DNA of 64,000 nucleotides from positions 92,631 through 156,630 of the forward strand of contig JAUIBR010000002.1 of assembly GCA_030427705.1 (NCBI GenBank), written 5' to 3'. Below are positions 35,186-44,979 of this stretch, in pieces. Every line of letters begins with the position of its first letter. The first letter of the stretch is position 1. The position numbers and the translations under genes are program-made. Source of the stretch: a bacterium (lineage in GTDB: Bacteria > Myxococcota_A > Bradymonadia > Bradymonadales > Bradymonadaceae). The notes under the pieces were generated by a model, which saw only the letters and a program-made list of their open reading frames with translations, searched no databases and was not told where the DNA came from.

Positions 35186-37231
35186 ATGAAACGACTACTT
35201 TTTGGATTGGTTTGTGTCTCGTTGTTGGCTGCTTGTGGCGGCGATGACGACAGCAAGAACACGAACAACGACAACAACGCAAACAACACGAATAACGTTA
35301 ACAACTCGAATAACGTTAACAACACCAACAACGTCAACAACACGAACAACGTCAACAACACCAACAACGTGAACAACGTTGTCATCAACGCTGACGTGGT
35401 TGAGTCCGAGCCCAACGACGAGACGGACATCGCGACCGCCATCGAAGTTGGCCAGACGTTCGGCGGCGTTATCGCTCCGGGCACTGCAGACGAAGGTGAT
35501 GTGGACTTCTTCAAGGTCTCGCTCACCGGCGGAACCATCTTGGAAGTTGAGTTCACCGAAGTCTCGCCAGACGTCCAGCCTGTCGTCATCGTTCAGGACG
35601 AAGCCGGCATCGTGAATCGCCAGCTTGCTGCATCGAGCGCGATGAGCCGCCAGGTGTTCATTCCTGCTGACGGACAGTACGACCTCATCGTTATCGACGA
35701 GCGTCTCGGCAACGCTGCACACGGCGGCCCAACGTCGACCTACGTTCTGACGACATCGGTTGTCACGCCAACGCCAACCGCTCTGACGCTTGGTTCGCCA
35801 GTGACCGCCGATTGGAATGACAACAACGTTGATGTCTACAGCTTCACTTCGACCGCTGGAACGGCTGTCGACGCTGAGATCTTCGCGGTTCGCCCTCCTG
35901 CAAGTGGCGACCTCGACTCGGTCGTGTTGGTCTACAGCGCAACCAATGGCTACGTGACCGACAACGACGACATCGACTTCGACAACGGCAACAGCGATTC
36001 GGCAGTGGTCTTCCGCGCTGAAGCGAACGAAGAATACTGGATCGTCGTCGATGCGTACGAAACGGCAGAAAACGCGCCATATCAATTGGTGACGACCGAA
36101 ACTGACGACGCAATCTCGGCGCCACGCTCACTTGAGATTGGCGGCGCAGCGCTGACCGGTAACATCGACGCAGCAAACGGTGACGAGTTCGACACCGACT
36201 ACTTCACGATTGAAGTTCCAGCTGGCGCGACGACCCGCGTCGCGCTCACGGGCACTGGTGCCAACCTTCAGCCGGTCGTTACGATCGCAACGAACTCGTT
36301 CTTCGGCATCATTCCTTTCGCATCGGGCGCTGGCGTGAACGGAAACGCGGCTGTTGAATTCGCCAATGGCGGCGAAGATCCCGTCACGTACTTCGTGTTC
36401 GTCGACGACATCCGCAACGTTCCAGAAGACGAAAACGCAACGCCAGCAAACGTTGGTGGTGCTGACTTCGGTTACTCCCTCGCAGCAACGTCCGTCACCT
36501 GGACGCCAACCACGCAGACGCTTCCATTCTCTGGTTCTGGCTCGATTGCCGACGTCGGAAACTACGTCTGGTACGACGCCATGGTTCCAGCGAACTCGTT
36601 CATCATCGGTACGGTCACGACGACCAACCAAGACTTCGAAGCTCGCCTTGCGGTCATCAATGAGTTCGGCACCGCCGACCCATTCGAAAGCCCAATGGCG
36701 TTCCCACTGGCCGCAGCAACGACGCTCCAATTCGGCGTTCGTGACCGCGAGTACAAGGGTGGAACGGGTTACACGTTCGACGCTTCGCTTCAGGCTGTCG
36801 ACACCAGCGGCATCACCTTCGGCGCAGCTACCGAGACCGAACCAAACGACACGACCTCGACGGCAAATGCCGGCACGTTGCCAGCAGCCATCACCGGCGC
36901 AGTTGACGGCGTGGACGAGAACGACGTCAAGCCTGACTACACCTCGGTTACTCTGGCACAGGGCGACATCTTGGTCGCATACACCTCGACCTCAGGTGAC
37001 GAAATGGCTGATGCGGACACGATCGTGAAGATCTACGACTCGGCAGGAATGGTCGTCGCTGAGAATGATGACCACTTCGGTCAAGCGGACTCGTACTTCT
37101 CGGCAACCGCATACACGGCTACGACGGCTGGCACCTACTTCATCGCCGTTGAACCATACTGCGAAGGCGACACCAGCAACGGCTGTGGTGGAAATGGCGA
37201 CTACGTGTTGAACGCGTTCGTTGCTCCATAA
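35186..37231 (+). CDS. Lipoprotein with an Asn-rich linker and multiple pre-peptidase C-terminal (PPC)-like domains
   Basis: Lipobox LLAACGG. (NNTNNVNN)n linker. EPND.T..A..I..G....G.I....D.D.F PPC-like modules occur about four times. Confidence 0.6.
   Translation: MKRLLFGLVCVSLLAACGGDDDSKNTNNDNNANNTNNVNNSNNVNNTNNVNNTNNVNNTNNVNNVVINADVVESEPNDETDIATAIEVGQTFGGVIAPGTADEGDVDFFKVSLTGGTILEVEFTEVSPDVQPVVIVQDEAGIVNRQLAASSAMSRQVFIPADGQYDLIVIDERLGNAAHGGPTSTYVLTTSVVTPTPTALTLGSPVTADWNDNNVDVYSFTSTAGTAVDAEIFAVRPPASGDLDSVVLVYSATNGYVTDNDDIDFDNGNSDSAVVFRAEANEEYWIVVDAYETAENAPYQLVTTETDDAISAPRSLEIGGAALTGNIDAANGDEFDTDYFTIEVPAGATTRVALTGTGANLQPVVTIATNSFFGIIPFASGAGVNGNAAVEFANGGEDPVTYFVFVDDIRNVPEDENATPANVGGADFGYSLAATSVTWTPTTQTLPFSGSGSIADVGNYVWYDAMVPANSFIIGTVTTTNQDFEARLAVINEFGTADPFESPMAFPLAAATTLQFGVRDREYKGGTGYTFDASLQAVDTSGITFGAATETEPNDTTSTANAGTLPAAITGAVDGVDENDVKPDYTSVTLAQGDILVAYTSTSGDEMADADTIVKIYDSAGMVVAENDDHFGQADSYFSATAYTATTAGTYFIAVEPYCEGDTSNGCGGNGDYVLNAFVAP
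35255..35385. repeat. Tandem AAC-rich codon repeat (encodes the Asn-rich linker)
   Basis: aacacgaacaacgtcaacaacaccaacaacgtg... read directly. Confidence 0.8.
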
Positions 37232-37251
37232 TTCACACGCTGCTCGCGAAC

Positions 37252-37277
37252 AAAGGCTGCCTTCGGGCGGCCTTTTT
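37252..37277 (+). terminator. Rho-independent terminator after the PPC-domain lipoprotein gene
   Basis: aaa-ggctgcc-ttcg-ggcggcc-ttttt. A 7-bp stem with one G-U pair and a UUCG tetraloop. Confidence 0.65.
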
Positions 37278-37359
37278 CATTTCTTGGAACATCTCGGAAA
37301 CTTGTATCGGTTCATCTAATCCTGATAATCTGGTTCTTCCCCACAAACTCAGGACGTAA

Positions 37360-38880
37360 ATGGACCGAGCTGGCCATTGGAGCCCCAGCCCAATCGATGC
37401 GTTGATCGATGCGATTCGAGCTGACCATCAGGTTGCGGTAGAGCGGGCGCGCAAAGTTTATTGCAATCGTGATTTGAACTTCGAGAAGATCGAGGCTGTC
37501 GGCTTCGACATGGACTACACCCTCGCCCGCTATAAGCAGGACGAGCTGGACGCACTGTCCGTGGAGTTGACCCTGGAGCGGCTCGTCACAGAGCGCGGCT
37601 ATCCCGAGGAAATCAAATCCATCAAGAGCATCTCCAATTTCGCGATCCGTGGGCTTGTCGTGGATACGCTGCGAGGCAACGTGCTCAAGATGGATGCGCA
37701 TCGGCATGTCGGAAAGGGCTACCACGGGTTGCGCGAGCTAACCCGCGAGGAGCGTCACGAGTACCGCGACATCACGATTCGTCTGAACGAGACCAACTCT
37801 CGTTTCATGCTGATCGACACACTGTACGCCCTCCCCGAGGCGTTCATGTACGCGGCGTTGGTGGATTATCTGGAGGCGCTTCAGCCTCAGAAAAAACACG
37901 ACTGGAAGCGGCTGTTTGACGATATTCGCTACTGCATCGACCTCGCCCATCGCGATGGTTCGATCAAAGACGAAATCATGACGGATACGGAGCGGTTCAT
38001 CCCCGGTAAGGACGAGGAACTCGCACTCACGCTGCACCGTATTCGATCGGCTGGAAAGCGCGTGTTCTTGCTGACGAACAGCTATCCGACGTACTCCAAC
38101 CACGTCATGTCGCACATTTTGGACGGTGTGCTGCAAGAGTATCCCAGCTGGCGAAACTACTTCGAGATCATCATCACCGGGGCGTCGAAACCGACGTTCT
38201 TCACGTCACGTAATCCATTCCTTCGCGTCGATGCGACTGGAACGGTGAGCGGCGAGGAGTACCAAGGGTTTCAGCGCAGCGCGCTGTATCAGGGTGGTAA
38301 CCTCATCGACTTCGAGCGGATGTCCGGAATGGGCGGCGAAAAGGTCGTCTACGTTGGGGACCACATCTACGGTGATATCGTGCGCAGCAAGAAGTCTAGC
38401 GCCTGGCGAACGGTGATGATCGTCCAAGAAATGGAAGCGGAGTTGGATCAAGCAGAGGATCTTCGCGATGAGATTCACCATCTGGATGAAGTCGATTCGG
38501 AGATCATGCGCATATCGGAGCGCATCACCTATGAGCAGAACCTGTTGTATCAATTGGAAGATTTGATTCATCGGGCGGGTGATGTCGACAAGGAGCGACT
38601 GCAAACTGCGCGCAAAGAGCTGAACAAATCGAAGGACAAGTTGCGGCGGCTCCGAAAGGAACTCATCGAGGGCCTTGATAATGCGGAGCATCTCCTAGAA
38701 TCTAACTTCAATCCCTACTGGGGATTGGTATTCCGCCTGGCCAATGAAAACACCCTCTTTGGGGAACAAGTTGAAGACTACGCTTGTCTTTATACAAGCC
38801 GGGTATCGAACTTCATTAACTACTCGCCCGTGCACTATTATCGAGCGCCGCGCCAGCCGATGCCGCACGAAAGGTACTGA
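37360..38880 (+). CDS. HAD-IG family cytosolic 5'-nucleotidase (cN-II-like)
   Basis: IEAVGFDMDYTLARY carries the DxDxT motif in the cN-II context. About 500 aa. Confidence 0.7.
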   Translation: MDRAGHWSPSPIDALIDAIRADHQVAVERARKVYCNRDLNFEKIEAVGFDMDYTLARYKQDELDALSVELTLERLVTERGYPEEIKSIKSISNFAIRGLVVDTLRGNVLKMDAHRHVGKGYHGLRELTREERHEYRDITIRLNETNSRFMLIDTLYALPEAFMYAALVDYLEALQPQKKHDWKRLFDDIRYCIDLAHRDGSIKDEIMTDTERFIPGKDEELALTLHRIRSAGKRVFLLTNSYPTYSNHVMSHILDGVLQEYPSWRNYFEIIITGASKPTFFTSRNPFLRVDATGTVSGEEYQGFQRSALYQGGNLIDFERMSGMGGEKVVYVGDHIYGDIVRSKKSSAWRTVMIVQEMEAELDQAEDLRDEIHHLDEVDSEIMRISERITYEQNLLYQLEDLIHRAGDVDKERLQTARKELNKSKDKLRRLRKELIEGLDNAEHLLESNFNPYWGLVFRLANENTLFGEQVEDYACLYTSRVSNFINYSPVHYYRAPRQPMPHERY

Positions 38881-38883
38881 ACG

Positions 38884-40293
38884 ATGACCGCCACTCGCCT
38901 GGCAATTCTGACCGCCCTCACCTGCTTTCTTTGGGGCCTTCCGACTTACGCACAGTCCAAGGATTCGTTGTGGGTTGAGAAGACGAACACCAAAAAGGGC
39001 AAGGAGCCCCCGATCAAGCTCTCAACGTTTTCGAGACTGGCAGAGGGCGTCAGTCCCGCAGTGGTGAACGTGATTGTTACCTACAAGGGTTCTGGCGGGC
39101 TGGCTCAGATGCTGGAAAATGGCGGTGATTGGGGCATCGGCAGTGGCCAAGGGTCGGGATTCATCATTCACCCGTCGGGCTTGTTCCTCACCAATAATCA
39201 CGTCGTGGAAGGCGCGGAGTCGGTCAAAGTCAGGTTGATGGACGAGCGTGAGCTCGATGCTGAGGTCGTCGGAGTTGACCCACAGACCGACGTCGCGTTG
39301 ATGCGAATCAAAAACGGCAAGAAGCTCCCGACGCTGGTCTTGGGCGATTCCGATACCGTCCACGTTGGAGAACATGTCCTGGCCGTTGGAAACCCATTGG
39401 GGCTGAGTCACACGGTGACCGCCGGCATCGTCAGCGCTTTGGGTCGCAAGAATCTCAGCCCGGGCGGAAAGGACGTCTTCACCGACTTCATTCAAACCGA
39501 TGCATCGATTAACCCCGGTAACTCCGGCGGTCCGCTGATTAGCCTGCGGGGCGAGGTCATCGGCATCAACACGGCTGTGAATCGGCAGGGGCAAGGCATC
39601 GGCTTTGCGATTCCAATCAATATCGTCAAGGCGCTCGTCCCTCAGCTCCACCAGAACGGCTACGTCGTTCGAACATGGTTGGGCGTTCGGGTGCAAGAGA
39701 TCACGCCCGCACTGGCACGCAGCTTTGGCCTCAAGTCGGTTCGTGGTGCGCTCGTGACCGAAGTCGTCCCGAATAGCCCTGCGGAGCGAAACGGCCTCAA
39801 GTCCGGTGACATCGTGCTGAAATTTGGCGAAACCGCGATTCGCGATAGTGACCAGCTACCGTGGCTTGTGGCGACGGCGGGCGTGGGTAGCAAGATGAAG
39901 ATATCCTACGTTCGCGGCGGACTGTCTAAGTCCGTCTCCGTCGATATGGAGGAACTTCCCAACCAAAGTCCGCCTGCCGTGGTCATCCAACCGGCATCAA
40001 AACGCACGACCAAGTCCGACTTGGGTATCACGGTGCGCGACGTCACAAAATCGCTCGCGCGTCAGCTAGGCGCGCCATCGTCGAGCGGTGTGTTGGTCAC
40101 GAAGATCAGTGATTCATCACCTGCACGTTACTCAGGCCTGCGGCGTCGAGATATCATCACGTTCATCGACAATATCAAGGTCAAGGACGCGGGCGACTTC
40201 TCGGCCACGATGAAAGACATCAAGCTCGGCAGTACCGTTCGGTACAAGATTCTTCGCGGTGGTCGCACCGTGTACGTCGCCTTCGAGCGTTGA
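38884..40293 (+). CDS. htrA: Periplasmic serine endoprotease DegP/HtrA family with two PDZ domains
   Basis: Signal peptide. His motif TNNHVV. Ser motif GNSGGPL. Two PDZ-like regions. Confidence 0.85.
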   Translation: MTATRLAILTALTCFLWGLPTYAQSKDSLWVEKTNTKKGKEPPIKLSTFSRLAEGVSPAVVNVIVTYKGSGGLAQMLENGGDWGIGSGQGSGFIIHPSGLFLTNNHVVEGAESVKVRLMDERELDAEVVGVDPQTDVALMRIKNGKKLPTLVLGDSDTVHVGEHVLAVGNPLGLSHTVTAGIVSALGRKNLSPGGKDVFTDFIQTDASINPGNSGGPLISLRGEVIGINTAVNRQGQGIGFAIPINIVKALVPQLHQNGYVVRTWLGVRVQEITPALARSFGLKSVRGALVTEVVPNSPAERNGLKSGDIVLKFGETAIRDSDQLPWLVATAGVGSKMKISYVRGGLSKSVSVDMEELPNQSPPAVVIQPASKRTTKSDLGITVRDVTKSLARQLGAPSSSGVLVTKISDSSPARYSGLRRRDIITFIDNIKVKDAGDFSATMKDIKLGSTVRYKILRGGRTVYVAFER

Positions 40294-40357
40294 ACGCGTT
40301 GACACGCGTGCGCGATGCCAACTACCGTTCGCGTTGCTCACCAAAGGGACAAATTCG

Positions 40358-41356
40358 TTGCTGAATTGGAATGACATTCAAGGTCAGGACCGCGCCAAGA
40401 AGGTGTTGGAGTCCTCGGTAGAATCGGGTCGCATCCACCATGCATACCTGATGGTCGGACCTCTTGGCGTTGGGAAACGCGCTACTGCTTTGGCGCTGGC
40501 GGCGGCACTAAACTGCACTGGAAACTCAGGAAGCGGATTTCAACCTGCATGCGGCCAGTGCCCGAGCTGCCGCAAAGTCGAGGGGATGCAACATCCCGAT
40601 ATCCGCGTGATTGAAGCGGAAGGTCGCTCAATCAAAATCGATCAGGTCCGCAGCGTTCAAAAAGCAGCGGCCACACGACCCTATGAGGGTGATTATCAGG
40701 TCATCATCATCGATGACTGTCACAAGATGACGGAAGAGGCGGCCAACGCGCTGTTGAAGACCCTCGAAGAGCCACCGGAATCGATGAAGCTCCTGTTGAT
40801 TTCGCACCAGCCAGCATCATTGCTCGACACGATTCGGTCCCGATGCCAGCTGCTTCGCTTCGCCCCGCTCTCATCGTCAATTGTGTCTTCGATTCTCTCG
40901 CACGAACTTTCAGATATGGCCCCCGACCAATTGCAGGTGGCCGCGGGGTACGGCGAGGGGTCTGTTGGACGAGCAAAAGACCTGGCCGAGTCCGGCCTGA
41001 TTGCGGAACGTGCTGAGTTGATTCGGACGATCCTGAATACCGATGCCAAGCACACCGCCACGCTTAGCACCGCCGCAGAAAGTCTCTCGAAAGACCGGTC
41101 GTTGTTTGGGACGAAGCTTGAAATCCTGAAGGTGTTCTTGCGAGATGTCGCACTGTTGCAGGCGGTTCCAGACCACCCTGAGCGCATTATCAATCAGGAC
41201 CTTTCCGAGCTCGCGCAGACTTGGGGTCGCGAAGTATCGGCCGATGATGTATTGAACCGCATCAATCTGGTCTCACGCGCCCAGCATCTGTTGGAGCGCA
41301 ATGTGAACCCGATGATGATTGCTGAAGACCTACTCATGGATCTCGCACGTAGATGA
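40358..41356 (+). CDS. holB: DNA polymerase III delta' subunit
   Basis: HAYLMVGPLGVGKRATA. Zinc module CGQCPSCRK. DDCHKM is a degenerate Walker B. The start is uncertain: TTG at 40358, or the track ORF start at 40259. Confidence 0.72.
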   Translation: MLNWNDIQGQDRAKKVLESSVESGRIHHAYLMVGPLGVGKRATALALAAALNCTGNSGSGFQPACGQCPSCRKVEGMQHPDIRVIEAEGRSIKIDQVRSVQKAAATRPYEGDYQVIIIDDCHKMTEEAANALLKTLEEPPESMKLLLISHQPASLLDTIRSRCQLLRFAPLSSSIVSSILSHELSDMAPDQLQVAAGYGEGSVGRAKDLAESGLIAERAELIRTILNTDAKHTATLSTAAESLSKDRSLFGTKLEILKVFLRDVALLQAVPDHPERIINQDLSELAQTWGREVSADDVLNRINLVSRAQHLLERNVNPMMIAEDLLMDLARR

Positions 41357-42660
41357 GCGCTGAACCACAAATCGAGCTGTCGGGCGCACCGTTTAAGGGC
41401 AAACGCCGACTCTATAACGTCGTACCTGTTCAACTTCGAACAAACTTCATCAAGGTGGAGTACGACGCGGGATCGCTCTTGGTGCATCCAGGCGACCAGC
41501 TGATCGTGGAGACCGACAAAGGTCCGGTGATTGGCAAGGTGACGGGCCAGGTTACCCGAAAGGTCCTCAAAGCAAACTCTCTGCAGCGCGTCGTCCGCAA
41601 AGCGTCCGAACAGGACATCGAACGCGCCGATAAGAACGAAGAGCTTGAAGTCGAGGCACATCACTTCGCGGTTCAACGGATTCGCGAACGAGCGCTGCCT
41701 ATGAAGCTCATTCGCGCCCAGTACATGCAAGATGGGTCGCGTATCGTCTTCTACTTTAGCGCGGACGGACGCATCGACTTCCGGGACCTCGTAAAGGACT
41801 TGGCGCACCGATTCCGTACCCGCATCGAGATGCACCAGATCGGCGTGCGAGACGGCACAAGGATGATTGGTGGGATCGGCCCGTGCGGTCGCGAGTTGTG
41901 CTGCAGCACGTTCCTTGAGAACTTCGCGCCTGTCTCGATTCGCATGGCGAAAGACCAGGGGCTGACGCTCAATCCAGCCAAAGTGTCCGGCATGTGTGGG
42001 CGATTGATGTGTTGTCTGGTTTATGAGCAACAGGTCTATCGACGGATGCGCAAGCGCCTTCCGCGAGCAGGTCAGCGCGTTGAGACCCCGGACGGTCTAG
42101 GCAAAGTCCTGGAGCTCGATGTCATTAACCAACGTGTCATCGTGGAACTCGAAGACACCAACCGTCGTACGTATGAGAATGCGGATGTGATGCTCCACGA
42201 CCCCAAACGTGGGCAGACGCCAAAGGCGGAAGAGCCGCCGTCTGACTACCTCTGGGACGATCTCGACCCGAAGAAGTCTGACGACGAATCGAAGGGCAAA
42301 AAGCGGCGCAGACGCCGGCGCGGTGGCAAATCCAAGGGCAGCGACGGTCAGAACCAGCAGTCGAACCAGACGCAGAGCTCGGACAACAACTTAGACAAGC
42401 CCAAGAAATCACGTAATCGGCGGCGGCGGCGCGGAGGCAAGGGATCCGGCAATAAGTCCGAGGGGCAGGGTCAGGGTCAGAACCAAAAGAACGACAACGC
42501 CAAGAAGGACTCCAAGCAGGGCGACAGCGCCAAGAAATCGGGGTCTCGACGACGGCGACGCGGCCGCGGCAAGGGCAAAGGCGGCTCAAACCAAGGCGGA
42601 TCCGATAACGGCGGGTCCGGCAAAGGCGGCTCAGATAAGGGCGGCTCAAAGAAAGAATAG
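41353..42660 (+). CDS. PSP1/RicT (YaaT)-family protein with a long basic Gly/Lys/Arg-rich C-terminal tail
   Basis: Conserved PSP1 C-terminal domain. Sits directly 3' of holB, which is the same synteny as Bacillus holB-yaaT. Tail is KKRRRRRRGGKSKGSDGQNQQ...GGSKKE. Confidence 0.72.
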   Translation: MSAEPQIELSGAPFKGKRRLYNVVPVQLRTNFIKVEYDAGSLLVHPGDQLIVETDKGPVIGKVTGQVTRKVLKANSLQRVVRKASEQDIERADKNEELEVEAHHFAVQRIRERALPMKLIRAQYMQDGSRIVFYFSADGRIDFRDLVKDLAHRFRTRIEMHQIGVRDGTRMIGGIGPCGRELCCSTFLENFAPVSIRMAKDQGLTLNPAKVSGMCGRLMCCLVYEQQVYRRMRKRLPRAGQRVETPDGLGKVLELDVINQRVIVELEDTNRRTYENADVMLHDPKRGQTPKAEEPPSDYLWDDLDPKKSDDESKGKKRRRRRRGGKSKGSDGQNQQSNQTQSSDNNLDKPKKSRNRRRRRGGKGSGNKSEGQGQGQNQKNDNAKKDSKQGDSAKKSGSRRRRRGRGKGKGGSNQGGSDNGGSGKGGSDKGGSKKE

Positions 42661-42771
42661 ACCTTCCCGAGCCCCCGAGCCTCATTGGAGGGCCTCCCCG
42701 TCTCCCCTCCCAGATTTCCTTTTTGGACCGAAACTCAAGAGTTTGTTAGCTTCGGGGCCGAGGAGGACAAC

Positions 42772-44571
42772 ATGCGAATATTCGGGGTTTTAACCTTACT
42801 TGTGGTGGTGGCTTGGTCTGCGCCCGCGGTTGCTCAAGAAGCAAAGGACGGCAAAGCGCAGGTGAAAAAGAAGGCTCCACCCGTGCCGAAAGAGATTGAG
42901 GCGGACTGGAAGTACCTAAACAGCCAAGCTGTTAAGGTCCAACGGGCCTCAAAGAAGTACGCGCAGCGCATCGAAGTGGAGACCTCCGTCGACGAGGTGG
43001 TCCGCAAGATCGGAAAGTCCAGCCCTCCAAGCAAAGCATGGAAGTGGGTGCGGGACAATATCGGCTATGAGCCCTACGGCGGCCTACTGCGTGGCGCACG
43101 CGGCGCTCTACTCGCCCGAAAGGCGAATGCCGTGGACCAGGCAGCCCTCCTCTCGGAAATCTACGTCGCGCAAGGACACTCGGTTCGATTTGTGAGCGGC
43201 GATATTTATGCGAAGGACGCCCAGACGCTGCTCGCCGAAATCAACGGCAGCGCGACACTGATCTCGCCTCAGGCCGCGGTCGGAAAAGACTTCACGAAGA
43301 CCAGCTATGTCGCCGCCGACCAACTTCGCTATCAACAGCCCGTCACTCAACATGTTTGGGTGGAAGTAAAATACAAAGGCCAGTGGATGACCGCCGATCC
43401 GGTGTTCGCGACACGATTTGGCGCGACGTTGGGCAAAGGGACGGATGTTCGCGAGAAACTGCTCGACGAGCTTGGCGGCACCATCCGGATTCGAGTCCGG
43501 GCCCGCCTCAAAGACGACCAAGATAAAGAGTTGGTCTCGGTATTCGGTCGAATCGACAAATTCAGCTATCAGAACATCGCGTTGGAGTTCGAGCAGAGCC
43601 CGATGCTGAAAGGCCAGTTGCAGCCTGTTCTGTCTGTCGCAGGGCAATCCAAGAAAGGTGAAGTCTTTCCGGTCAAAGAACTGGATTGGCTCCGCGTTGA
43701 GTTTGCGGTTCGCCGCGGGCGAATCGAAGACCGTTTTGCAGAAACGCTCTACAAGGACGGCGAGCCAAACTCCATATTTGATTACGACCAAACGTACTGG
43801 GGCATCGCGCTTCTGCCCGGCTGGGTGCCGCCTGATTTCTTGAGAATCACCACAGCTCGTTACGTCGGTGCAAGCTCACAAGCCCTCGCAGACTTCACGA
43901 AAAACGCCGCGGGCGGTGGTACGACCGCGAACTTTGACATGGCCTTGAACGAAACCCACCGGCCTTACGCATTCTTGATTTCGTCCATGTATGCAACGCA
44001 TTTGGACCGTCTGACGCGTGAGCTCGCGTACTCGATGGGTGTGACGCCGATTCTGCACGAACCGCGTGTCATCATGACTGGTATCCTGCGCAAAGACGAC
44101 AGCTACGACTACCGGATTAGCGCTCGCGGAAACGCCCTGGAAGCCATGCCGAAGCTCGGTGTTCCCGCGGCTGCGGCATCGGGATTCCTTTCCGTCCATG
44201 GGCGTATGGCGCACCAGCTTGAGGCCGAGCTGCTTCATAACCTCTCGGGAAGTAAAGTCATCAGTGTTGACCGTTTGTTTGTGCACGCAGCCAAGACAAA
44301 GAAGCGCGTGACGACGATCCATCAGAAGAATCTGAGTAAGGCGCGGCGCCTGGGTTTGTCGAAAGAAGTTCGAGGCGCGTTGGAGAATCAGGTGCGCAAT
44401 CGCGGTGCTGTGGTGCTGACCCCAAGTGGCCCGGTAGACCTCGATGGCGGAAAGCGCGCGGGTTGGTGGGCATTGAATCCGACGACCGGAAACGTCGAAG
44501 GCTCACTGGGTGAGCGAATGTTGAGCACAATAGCGCGAAAGACGGGGCGGACGATGCAGACACGTTGGTGA
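42772..44571 (+). CDS. Secreted transglutaminase-like-fold protein lacking the catalytic Cys (predicted pseudo-enzyme)
   Basis: Strong SD aggagga upstream. Signal peptide MRIFGVLTLLVVVAWSAPAVAQ. TGase-core-like GHSVRFVSG plus HVWVEV plus ADPV. Cys is replaced by Ala/Asn at the expected position. Confidence 0.45.
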   Translation: MRIFGVLTLLVVVAWSAPAVAQEAKDGKAQVKKKAPPVPKEIEADWKYLNSQAVKVQRASKKYAQRIEVETSVDEVVRKIGKSSPPSKAWKWVRDNIGYEPYGGLLRGARGALLARKANAVDQAALLSEIYVAQGHSVRFVSGDIYAKDAQTLLAEINGSATLISPQAAVGKDFTKTSYVAADQLRYQQPVTQHVWVEVKYKGQWMTADPVFATRFGATLGKGTDVREKLLDELGGTIRIRVRARLKDDQDKELVSVFGRIDKFSYQNIALEFEQSPMLKGQLQPVLSVAGQSKKGEVFPVKELDWLRVEFAVRRGRIEDRFAETLYKDGEPNSIFDYDQTYWGIALLPGWVPPDFLRITTARYVGASSQALADFTKNAAGGGTTANFDMALNETHRPYAFLISSMYATHLDRLTRELAYSMGVTPILHEPRVIMTGILRKDDSYDYRISARGNALEAMPKLGVPAAAASGFLSVHGRMAHQLEAELLHNLSGSKVISVDRLFVHAAKTKKRVTTIHQKNLSKARRLGLSKEVRGALENQVRNRGAVVLTPSGPVDLDGGKRAGWWALNPTTGNVEGSLGERMLSTIARKTGRTMQTRW

Positions 44572-44966
44572 CATCGGCACTCAAGTCCGGCGCCATTATT
44601 CTGGCGATGGTCGACTCAACCGCCAAAACGTCCGAGGAGTACGTGCCCGTGGTGTGTAAGGCCCAAAAGAGTGTTCAACGTCTGAGTACTGCGTGGTGTG
44701 CGACAAAAAAGGCGATTTCAGCGCCGAAGCTCAGTGGCTGTTTTGAGCCCCCTGATCTCGCCTTCAACGAGCAGAAGTTGCTTAATCGACAATCGTGCGA
44801 AGCCCGCACGAAAGAAGCCCGTTGTGGCATCACCGTGGCCTCTGCACTGATGGATGGACGGTTGACCGCTCTCTACACGCAAGCCGCCAAAATCGAGATG
44901 AAAGACGCCGACAAAGAAGGACGTTCTAGAGGGTGGCAACCCCCTACAGGCTTGACCTGCAACTGA
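44565..44966 (+). CDS. Hypothetical Cys-rich small protein (uncertain ORF)
   Basis: TTG start overlapping the upstream stop. Six Cys. No recognisable motif. Confidence 0.2.
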   Translation: MVTSALKSGAIILAMVDSTAKTSEEYVPVVCKAQKSVQRLSTAWCATKKAISAPKLSGCFEPPDLAFNEQKLLNRQSCEARTKEARCGITVASALMDGRLTALYTQAAKIEMKDADKEGRSRGWQPPTGLTCN

Positions 44967-44979
44967 CTTCACTATCACA

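Noticed and set aside
35195-36730. Antisense ORFs 35195..36085 (-) and 36128..36730 (-) opposite the PPC lipoprotein gene
   Set aside because: High-GC antisense frames without signal or motifs. The sense strand has a lipobox and repeated PPC-like modules.
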